Shown here: piece after piece, positions 24,838 to 32,000 of the stretch | How positions within the stretch are numbered: the first letter of the stretch is position 1 | Layout of the letters: each line of letters opens with the position of its first letter | DNA from: Halogeometricum borinquense DSM 11551 | GTDB lineage: Archaea > Halobacteriota > Halobacteria > Halobacteriales > Haloferacaceae | Assembly: GCF_000172995.2 (NCBI RefSeq) | Contig: NC_014729.1 | Span: 150,001 to 182,000 of the forward strand | Direction: 5' to 3' | DNA length: 32,000 nt | Position numbers and translations under genes: made by a program | Notes under the pieces: model-generated | The model's database searches: none | What the model saw: the letters and a program-made list of their open reading frames with translations, nothing else | What the model was told of the DNA's origin: nothing

Positions 24838-26319
24838 GTGAATATCTCAACTGCCCTCCGCGCTGGTGTTCGAATGCTCTCAGAGCGTTCCGCGTCGGTG
24901 CTTCCCGTCTACCTCCTCACTACGGGGTTGTTCGGTATCGCCCGCATTCCGATTATGCTCGCCGGGTTGGCCGCGCTCGCCCTCATCTCGATAGATGGCC
25001 GTCTCGGGGATCTCCTCACGACGCTCAAGGATATTGATCTCTCCACAATAGATTCCCAATCACCCCCGCCGGAGGTGACCAAAGCGATGGAGAGCCTCAT
25101 CTCGCCGGAGATTGTATTACTCCTTCTTGGCGGCGTTCTCATCTCACTCATCCTCGCGTTCGTCGCCTCAGTGCTGGCAAGAGCCACAGTGCTGAACGCG
25201 ATTGTCGGACTACTGCGCGACGAAGACGGCGTTCGCGCCGCCATCGTCGGCACACGGGAAAACTGGCTATCCTTCCTCGGCGTCCGATTCCTTCTTTTCG
25301 GTGCGCTGGCTGTCGTTACCGTTCCTATCGGGATTCTCGGATTGGGACTCATTGCCGTCGCTGGCGCGGTCGGAGTCGTGGGGATGGTCCTCGGCGGTCT
25401 GTTCTCGTTGCTGTTGGTACTGATCGTACTCGCACTGTTCGCATTCACCGAACAGGCTATCGTCGTCGATGATGTCGGAACGGCCGGCGCGATCCGCCAG
25501 AGCGTCAAATTTCCGTTCCGTCGTCCCGGCGCGTTCGTCGGCTACATCGCCGTCGCCCTCGGTGTCGGAGTTATTGGCACAGTGGTGCTAACAGCGGCGT
25601 CGTTCAGCGAGGCACCGCGTGTGACTGCACTCGTCGGACTCGTCTTGCTTCGACCAGTGCTCGACGGCTTCAAGACGGCGTTATATGCCGAGCGCGACTT
25701 ATCTGCTCACGAGACGCCATCCCTGGGTAATCGGGGTTGGCAGGCGTTCGGCGGCGGACTGCGGGCACTGGGCGCGTTCGTCCGCGATCACCCGCTGGCG
25801 AACGCCGCTTCGGCCGTCATCTTCGGTGCCGGTATCGTTGGCGGATGGGCGACCACCGCACCGTACGGTCCGTCACTCCCGGTTCAAGGGGAGATCTCGA
25901 ACGTGTTCGGGTCGCTGCCGGTCGGGACGTTCGTCAATCTCGCCGTGAACAACTGGCTGGTCGCGGTCGATACCGCCTACAGCGGCGTTGCCGTCGGCGT
26001 TCCATCGGTGGTAAACTTAGTCTTCAACGGTGTTCTCATCGGCGCACTCGGCGGCGTGTTCGACCCGACGGCGTTCACCGCGTTGGTCGCCCCGCACGGT
26101 ATCATCGAGGTTCCGGCGCTCGTCCTCGGCGGCGGCCTCGGTCTGTGGTTGGGGGGCGTCGGCTACCGCACGGCCCGCGGACAGACCGATGCTGACGGCC
26201 TCGCAGCGGCACTTCGACGGACTTACCGAGTCCTTCTCGGTCTGGTTACGCTGTTCGTCGTCGCCGCGTTCATCGAGGCGTTCCTCACGCCCGCTATCGC
26301 GTCGGTCATCGTCGGCTAG
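24838..26319 (+). CDS. multi-pass membrane protein with a C-terminal SpoIIM-like (DUF95) domain
   Basis: 493 aa with many TM segments. The C-terminal part has NNWLVAVDTAYSGVAVGVPSVVNLVFNGVLIG....APHGIIEVPALVLGGGLG, reminiscent of stage II sporulation protein M family proteins. The start is GTG 24838 or ATG 24874. Confidence 0.65.
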   Translation: MNISTALRAGVRMLSERSASVLPVYLLTTGLFGIARIPIMLAGLAALALISIDGRLGDLLTTLKDIDLSTIDSQSPPPEVTKAMESLISPEIVLLLLGGVLISLILAFVASVLARATVLNAIVGLLRDEDGVRAAIVGTRENWLSFLGVRFLLFGALAVVTVPIGILGLGLIAVAGAVGVVGMVLGGLFSLLLVLIVLALFAFTEQAIVVDDVGTAGAIRQSVKFPFRRPGAFVGYIAVALGVGVIGTVVLTAASFSEAPRVTALVGLVLLRPVLDGFKTALYAERDLSAHETPSLGNRGWQAFGGGLRALGAFVRDHPLANAASAVIFGAGIVGGWATTAPYGPSLPVQGEISNVFGSLPVGTFVNLAVNNWLVAVDTAYSGVAVGVPSVVNLVFNGVLIGALGGVFDPTAFTALVAPHGIIEVPALVLGGGLGLWLGGVGYRTARGQTDADGLAAALRRTYRVLLGLVTLFVVAAFIEAFLTPAIASVIVG

Positions 26320-26353
26320 TCGGCAAGCACAGCGACTCGGAGCGGCATCGCAT

Positions 26354-26358
26354 AAAAA
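26354..26358 (-). terminator. candidate oligo-T terminator for the minus-strand rhodanese gene
   Basis: The minus strand reads ctgatttttatg, about 45 nt downstream of the stop at 26402. It sits in a convergent intergenic region. Confidence 0.25.
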
Positions 26359-26401
26359 TCAGATCGGGGTGTGCGGGCGTTTAATTGCCCTGTGTACGGT
26401 C

Positions 26402-27262
26402 TCAGTTGCCCTTCTCGATGGGCGCGCCGACGAGGTTGCCCCACTCGGTCCACGAGCCGTCGTAGTTGACGACTTCGTCGTAGCCGAGCAGTTCGTGGAG
26501 CGCGAACCACGCGATGGACGAGCGTTCGCCGATCCGGCAGTAGGCGACGGTGGTTTCGTTGCCGTCGATACCCTGGTCGGCGTAGAGTTCTTCGAGTTCC
26601 TCGGCGGACTTGAACGTCCCGTCGGCGTTGACCGTCGCGGCCCACGAGATGTTCTCCGCGCCGGGGATGTGACCGCCGCGCTGGGCTGTCTCCTGCAGTC
26701 CCGGGGGTGCGAGGATTTCGCCGGAGAACTCCTCGGGCGAACGAACGTCCACGAGGGGAAGGCCTTCGTCTACGGCGTGCTGAACATCGTCGCGGTACGC
26801 ACGGATGGACTCGAACGGCCCCTTTGCGTTGTATTCGACGGCGTCGAAGTCGGGAGCTTCCTCGGACAGCGGGAAGTCGTTCTCAAGCCAGTAGTCGCGG
26901 CCGCCGTTCAGCAGGCGAACGTCGTCGTGGCCGTAGTACTTGAACTGCCAGTAAGTGTACGCCGCAAACCAGTTCGAGTTGTCGCCGTAGAGGACGACGG
27001 TGGAATCCTCGCTAATTCCGTGACTGCCGAGCAGGTCCTCGAATTCCTCCTTCGTGAGGATGTCACGGGTCGTCTGGTCCTGCAGTTGCGTCTCCCAGTT
27101 GAACCCGATAGCGCCGGGGGCGTGGCCCTCGTCGTACGCCTCGGTGTCAACGTCTACTTCCACGAGTCGATACGCCGGGTCGTCGGACTGGAACTCGTCG
27201 AGGTGGTCCTCCACCCACTCCGGCGAGACGAGAACGTCCTTCGCGTAACCGTCAGTTGACAT
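26402..27262 (-). CDS. tandem-rhodanese sulfurtransferase (thiosulfate/3-mercaptopyruvate type)
   Basis: Two rhodanese domains. The catalytic loop is CRIGERSS in the C-terminal domain. The likely start is ATG 27262 (MSTDGYAKDVLVSPEWV) rather than the track start 27307. Confidence 0.88.
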   Translation of the reverse strand: MSTDGYAKDVLVSPEWVEDHLDEFQSDDPAYRLVEVDVDTEAYDEGHAPGAIGFNWETQLQDQTTRDILTKEEFEDLLGSHGISEDSTVVLYGDNSNWFAAYTYWQFKYYGHDDVRLLNGGRDYWLENDFPLSEEAPDFDAVEYNAKGPFESIRAYRDDVQHAVDEGLPLVDVRSPEEFSGEILAPPGLQETAQRGGHIPGAENISWAATVNADGTFKSAEELEELYADQGIDGNETTVAYCRIGERSSIAWFALHELLGYDEVVNYDGSWTEWGNLVGAPIEKGN

Positions 27263-27537
27263 TGCATTTCTCCCTATGAGCGCATCCGGCTTAATCCCCC
27301 CATCCACGGCGTGTACTGCCCACCATCACGTCAGGAGGATATTGTTGCCGCATCAACCGAGCATGACACGTTTTCGGGATGGGTAGCACTCGGACACAAG
27401 GCATGCGAGCGGTTGCGAAAGGCGAACACACAAAAAGTGTCAAACGAATATCGGCAACATGTTCTCCTTTCTCTGACGCGCGGCGAACGACTCCCCCATC
27501 AACCGGGTTGAAGACACCGTAGCGGTAACGTCGTCGT

Positions 27538-28323
27538 ATGTACGAAACCGTCGTCGTGTCGCCCGATTGGGTCGAGTCACGACGCGATGAGATTCGCCTC
27601 GTGGATGTGCGAGACGCGTGGGAGTTCGACGGCATCGGTCACGTTCCCGGCGCGGTCAACATCCCGTTCGACGAGTTCCGGTCGGCAGACGGAGACGAAG
27701 GGATGCTCCCCGGTGCGGACGTGTGGGAGTCGTTGCTGTCAGCGGCGGGCATCGGCCCGGACGACCACCTCGTCGCCTACGACGACACGCACGGCGTCTT
27801 CGCCGCGCGCTTTCTCGTCACTGCCGAACTGTACGGCCACCCGACGGAGCGTCTGCACCTCCTAGATGGCGACTACAGCGCGTGGAACCGCGACCGCGAG
27901 ACGACGAGTGCGGCGACGGACGCGACAGAGACGACGTACGAAATACGCGATCCCGAGCACTCGCCGTTGGTGGAGTACGAGTTTGTACTCGACAGTTTGG
28001 ACGACGAAGCGGCCGTCGTCGTGGATACGCGCGAGGCGTGGGAGTTCGAAGAAGGCCATCTGCCCGGCGCGGTCAACCTCGACTGGCGCGAACTCGTTGA
28101 TGACGAGACCCGCGGGCTCAAACCCGCCGACGAACTCGAAGCCATTCTCGATGAAGTCGGAATCACACCCGACCGACGCGTCGTGCTCTACTGCAACACC
28201 GCCCGACGCATCAGCCATACCTATGTCGTGTTGCGGTCGCTGGGTTACGAGAACATCGCGTTCTACGAGGGAAGCCTCACCGAGTGGGAGGAACGCGGCG
28301 GCCCCATCGAGACGGCGGAGTGA
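27538..28323 (+). CDS. tandem-rhodanese sulfurtransferase, second divergent paralog
   Basis: 261 aa with two rhodanese-like halves (DVRDAWEF....HVPGAVNIP and DTREAWEFEEGHLPGAVNLD). The catalytic loop is CNTARRIS. Confidence 0.85.
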   Translation: MYETVVVSPDWVESRRDEIRLVDVRDAWEFDGIGHVPGAVNIPFDEFRSADGDEGMLPGADVWESLLSAAGIGPDDHLVAYDDTHGVFAARFLVTAELYGHPTERLHLLDGDYSAWNRDRETTSAATDATETTYEIRDPEHSPLVEYEFVLDSLDDEAAVVVDTREAWEFEEGHLPGAVNLDWRELVDDETRGLKPADELEAILDEVGITPDRRVVLYCNTARRISHTYVVLRSLGYENIAFYEGSLTEWEERGGPIETAE

Positions 28324-28329
28324 GCGCGC

Positions 28330-29397
28330 TTAGTCGTCTTCAACCGGGACAGCGTGGAGTTCTGTCGTGAGCAACGACGCGGCTTCCACGAACAGACCGA
28401 CGACGAGTGGACCGGCGACGATGCCGACAGCACCGAGAGTGAGCGTCCCGCCGAAGAAGCCGACGAAGTAGAGGCTTCCGGGGATATCAGCCGTTTGCTT
28501 GGCGAGTGGCGGACGAATGAGAACGTCCGGAAGCCACGCGACAAGGGCACCGCCGACGGTGACGACGAGGAGCGCCTGAACCGTGTGTCCGAGCGCGAGT
28601 TGGTACGCAGCCAATCCGAGAAGAAGGAGCGTCGGACCGACAATCGGAACAAACTGAAGGACGGCAGCGACGGTGGCGAGTGTCACGACAGCGTCGTAGC
28701 CGAGGAAAAAGAAGACGGGCACCGCGAGGACGAACGTCCCAGCGGCTGTCGCGGCCTGTAGAACGTAGATAGCGAACAGTGTGTCTCGCGCGCGACTGTT
28801 CAATGCTCTCGCAGCCGACTGGTACGACGACGGAACAACGGCGAGCGCTGCCTGCTGGGCGTCCTCGCCGTGGTAGAGCAGTGAATAGACCAAAAAGACG
28901 AACAGCGTCACCTTCACCAAGAGGACGGGTGTCGCTGCCGCAACAACCGTTGCCAGCTGTCTGAGATACGCCACGGTGAACGTGGTCACTTCCGCGAGTG
29001 TGAGAGCGTACGTCATCCCGAACAGTTCGAAGCTGAGGTTCGACGGGAGGAGACCGACGAGCGTCGTCAACGAGTCGAAACGGAGGTAAACAACGATAGC
29101 GAGCGGTGTGAGCCCAGCGAGTACCGCAAGAAACGCACCCGCAGTGGCGAGACCACTCGCAGCACGAGGTGACCAACCACGGCGGACTACCGCTTGTCGA
29201 ACAGGCCAGAGCAAGTACGCGACGGTGACAGAGAAGAAGACGGTGCCGAGCACAGAGCGGAGGAGGAACGCGGCGGCGACGCCCGCGAGAACGAACAGAC
29301 TGCCGAAGACGTACCGACGTTCGAGTGTCACGCATGGAGGTGCGCGTGGAGAAACAAAACCGTTCCTCCGCAAGACACCCGCAGGAAAGACGAGCAT
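28330..29397 (-). CDS. AI-2E family transporter (PerM/UPF0118-like) membrane protein
   Basis: 355 aa with about 8 TM segments. The C-terminal pattern LPDVLIRPPLAKQTADIPGSLYFVGFFGGTLTLGAVGIVAGPLVVGL resembles the AI-2E family signature. Confidence 0.6.
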   Translation of the reverse strand: MLVFPAGVLRRNGFVSPRAPPCVTLERRYVFGSLFVLAGVAAAFLLRSVLGTVFFSVTVAYLLWPVRQAVVRRGWSPRAASGLATAGAFLAVLAGLTPLAIVVYLRFDSLTTLVGLLPSNLSFELFGMTYALTLAEVTTFTVAYLRQLATVVAAATPVLLVKVTLFVFLVYSLLYHGEDAQQAALAVVPSSYQSAARALNSRARDTLFAIYVLQAATAAGTFVLAVPVFFFLGYDAVVTLATVAAVLQFVPIVGPTLLLLGLAAYQLALGHTVQALLVVTVGGALVAWLPDVLIRPPLAKQTADIPGSLYFVGFFGGTLTLGAVGIVAGPLVVGLFVEAASLLTTELHAVPVEDD

Positions 29398-29442
29398 CGA
29401 GGATGACGCAGGTTAAGTATGACCAAGTGGGACTACTCAGTA

Positions 29443-30585
29443 ATGAGACGACGGAGCTTCCTTACGGCGGCAGGCGCAAGCGGTGTTGCGGCCCTCGCCG
29501 GCTGTGTCGGCAACGGTGACGGAACAGAGACGGACAGCGGCGCAACGGAAACTGAAACCGCGACGGAAACGACGACGGGAACGACCACCGGAACGGCAGC
29601 GGAGGAACCGCCGGAGTTGGTCGTGGGGACGTACAGTTCGTTCGTTGACGCACCGAGTACGAGTCCGGGACCGTGGCTGAAAGAGACGTTCGAGTCGGAG
29701 TTCGACGCGACGATTCGCTACGAGACACCCGACAACGAAGTGAACCACTACATCGAACGCGCATCCCGCGGCGTCGATATTGCGGCAGACCTCTACGTCG
29801 GTCTCGACGTGAACATGCTCATCCGCATCGACGAAAACCTCGATTCGCCCATGTTCACGTCTGTCGATGACCTCTCGAACCGCGGCGACGTGAAAGAGTC
29901 CCTCGAATTCGACCCGGATGGTCGTGCCGTCCCGTACGACACGGGCTACATCTGCCTCGTCTTCAACAAGTTGTTCGGTGACAGCGAGTTCACCGCTCCG
30001 GAGACGTTCGATGGGCTTCTCAAAGAGCAGTACGCGGACGACTTACTCGTTCAGAACCCCGTTTCCAGTGCAACGGGCAAAGCGTTCCTCCTGCACAGCA
30101 TCAAGGCGAAAGGCCGGGACAGCTACCTCGACTTCTGGCAGAAGCTAAAGGAGAACGGTGTGCGCGTCCTCAAAGACTGGGGCACCTCCTACGACGCCTA
30201 CTCGAAAGGCGAGGCTCCGATGGTCGTCTCCTACTCCACCGACCAAGTGTACGCTCACGAATCCGGCGAAGACCTCGCAAAACACCAACTGCGCTTCCTG
30301 AACGATCAGGGCTACGCCAACCCCGAAGGGATGGCGCTGTTCGAAGGCACCGACCAACCCGAACTCGCGCGGACGTTCATGGACTTCATGCTCCGGCCGG
30401 AGATTCAAGCGGAAATCGCCGTTCGTAACGTCCAGTACCCGGCGACGACGACCGCAGAGTTGCCCGAGTCGTTCGGCAAATACGCGCAGGCACCGCCCGA
30501 AGCGGTCACGTTCAACTACGACACGCTCCGAGACAACCTGAGCGACTGGACCAACGCGTGGGAGCGGCAGTTCATCGGGAACTGA
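29443..30585 (+). CDS. ABC transporter substrate-binding lipoprotein, thiamine/Fe(III) (ThiB/TbpA-like) type, with a Tat signal
   Basis: Twin-arginine motif MRRRSFLTAAG followed by the lipobox LAGC and a Thr/Glu-rich linker. The body is a periplasmic binding protein fold. The track start 29419 is possible, but ATG 29443 gives a canonical Tat signal. Confidence 0.75.
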   Translation: MRRRSFLTAAGASGVAALAGCVGNGDGTETDSGATETETATETTTGTTTGTAAEEPPELVVGTYSSFVDAPSTSPGPWLKETFESEFDATIRYETPDNEVNHYIERASRGVDIAADLYVGLDVNMLIRIDENLDSPMFTSVDDLSNRGDVKESLEFDPDGRAVPYDTGYICLVFNKLFGDSEFTAPETFDGLLKEQYADDLLVQNPVSSATGKAFLLHSIKAKGRDSYLDFWQKLKENGVRVLKDWGTSYDAYSKGEAPMVVSYSTDQVYAHESGEDLAKHQLRFLNDQGYANPEGMALFEGTDQPELARTFMDFMLRPEIQAEIAVRNVQYPATTTAELPESFGKYAQAPPEAVTFNYDTLRDNLSDWTNAWERQFIGN

Positions 30586-30640
30586 ACGCAAGAGACAACG
30601 AACTAAACACAGACAACAGACACGAGTAATTGATACACGG

Positions 30641-32000
30641 ATGAACGTCACGGCACTCGCTCGATGGACCGAACGCCGTGCGTTGGGTGTCGTCGCCGCC
30701 GTGACCGCGGCTATTCTGATTGTTCTCTTTTATTACCCCGTCGCCACGGTGTTCGTCGATGCCGTGTACGTCTCCGAAGCGTGGACGCTCACGCCTCTCG
30801 TAGACGTTCTGACATCACCGTTCTTCCAGGGACGGTTCCGTTTTACCGCGTATCAGGCGCTACTCTCCACCGTTGCGTCTGTCGCACTCGGTCTCCCTGG
30901 TGCGTGGGTTCTGTCGCGTTTCGAGTTCCCCGGCCGTGAGACGCTTCGCTCGCTCACCATCCTCCCGTTCGTCATGCCCTCTATCATGGTCGCCATCGGC
31001 TTCGTCGCCACGTTCGGCCAGAACGGGACGCTCAACGACGTGCTGACGGCGCTCGGTCTTCCCAAGGTAACGCTTCTGTACTCGCTTCCGGCGATACTCG
31101 TCGCACACGCCTTCTACAACGCACCGCTCATCACCCGCGTGACGACGGCGGCGTGGGAGAGTGTGGACGCCTCCGCCGTTGAGACGGCTCGAACACTCGG
31201 CGCGTCGCCATATCGCGCCTTCTTCGACGTTGTCGTCCCACAACTCCTCCCGGCAGTCGCCGTCGGCGCGACGTTGACGTTCATTTTCACCTTTGCCTCC
31301 TTCCCTATCGTCCTTGCTCTCGGCGGGACCCAACTCGCTACCGTGGAGGTACTCATCTACTCGGGTGTGCAGAACCTCGACTTCGCGGAGGCGGCGTCGC
31401 TGGCAGTGGTGGAAACGGTTCTCTCGCTGGGACTCACGTACGCATACCTCCGATACGAGGCGAGTCGAGAGTCGAGCGGCCGTGGCGCGCGTCCGCAACG
31501 CCGTCGGTCCATATTGCCGTCGTCACTCTCCGTGAGCGAACTCGCTACCACGCTCGCTCTCGTCATCTATGGCATCGTCACGCTGATCGTATTCGTTGCA
31601 CCCATCGCATCGATGCTCCTCGCCAGCGTCACCGGTCCGGAAGGTGGGTTCACGCTGGACCACTACCGGTTTCTCATCGAACGACAGCAGACAGGTGCCA
31701 CCTATCAAGTCCTTCCACTGACGGCGATTCGGAACTCGCTCGTCTTCGGACTCGGAACGCTCGCGCTCGCTCTCCCGATGGGCGTCGTAATGAGCGTATT
31801 GACGACGCGCGACTTCCGCGGGCGGAAGATTATCGACGCTCTCTCCATGGCACCGCTGACGGTTTCAGGCATCGTCGTCGGTCTCGGACTCCTCCGCGGT
31901 CTCGTCTTCGGTGTCGAGGTATTCGGTACGCGCGTGCAGGTGACGGGCGCGTTGGCCATCGTCGCCGCACACGCCGTCGGCGCGTACCCATTCGTCACGC
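30641..32000 (+). CDS. ABC transporter permease, duplicated (ThiP/Fe(III)-type), 3' end outside the window
   Basis: Read manually from ATG 30641: MNVTALARWTERRALGVVAAV... The frame stays open to the end of the window. It has the EAA-loop-like ETARTLGASPYRAFFDVVVPQLLP and a second permease half begins around 31520. It is not listed in the ORF track because it lacks a stop. Confidence 0.8.
   Translation, partial: MNVTALARWTERRALGVVAAVTAAILIVLFYYPVATVFVDAVYVSEAWTLTPLVDVLTSPFFQGRFRFTAYQALLSTVASVALGLPGAWVLSRFEFPGRETLRSLTILPFVMPSIMVAIGFVATFGQNGTLNDVLTALGLPKVTLLYSLPAILVAHAFYNAPLITRVTTAAWESVDASAVETARTLGASPYRAFFDVVVPQLLPAVAVGATLTFIFTFASFPIVLALGGTQLATVEVLIYSGVQNLDFAEAASLAVVETVLSLGLTYAYLRYEASRESSGRGARPQRRRSILPSSLSVSELATTLALVIYGIVTLIVFVAPIASMLLASVTGPEGGFTLDHYRFLIERQQTGATYQVLPLTAIRNSLVFGLGTLALALPMGVVMSVLTTRDFRGRKIIDALSMAPLTVSGIVVGLGLLRGLVFGVEVFGTRVQVTGALAIVAAHAVGAYPFVT

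Noticed and set aside
27311-27511. 66-aa ORF in the divergent rhodanese intergenic region.
   Set aside because: It has non-acidic, Cys/His/Arg-containing composition and lies in a probable promoter region. There is no supporting motif.

Overview
This is a high-GC window encoding acidic proteins, with TATA-like promoters, a Tat/lipobox signal and a LysW carrier gene, so it is almost certainly haloarchaeal chromosome. Most of it is housekeeping. Bases 1-8224 hold a complete arginine cluster of the LysW-carrier type: argG (3' end), argH, lysW (59 aa, absent from the ORF track), lysX, argC, argB, argD, argE, argF. After that come two tandem paralogous small membrane proteins, an XPD/Rad3 Fe-S helicase, a cytochrome P450, a LigT-like 2H phosphoesterase, an SPFH/stomatin protein, a TauE/SafE-like permease and uvrB. 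The window ends with a SpoIIM-like membrane protein, two divergent tandem-rhodanese sulfurtransferases, an AI-2E-family transporter and the start of a thiamine/Fe(III)-type ABC importer. The stand-out region is about 14.07-17.93 kb on the minus strand. It is visibly more AT-rich than its flanks. It holds a 429-aa protein with a textbook DUF4157 zincin domain (HELAH) and a variable C-terminal domain, translationally coupled to a 344-aa protein of unknown family. This is followed by an N-terminally truncated orphan copy (177 aa). The orphan starts exactly at a 65-bp, 64/65-identical repeat encoding MQGGKIGVHRMEHSDVHVQRM. It carries an unrelated glycine-zipper C-terminal domain and is coupled to a 321-aa paralog of the partner protein. 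This is the architecture of bacterial polymorphic toxin/immunity loci with orphan CT-immunity cassettes, here in an archaeon and with an uncharacterised partner family. No secretion apparatus or mobility gene is visible in the window. All functional calls rest on motif recognition by eye, and no searches were run.
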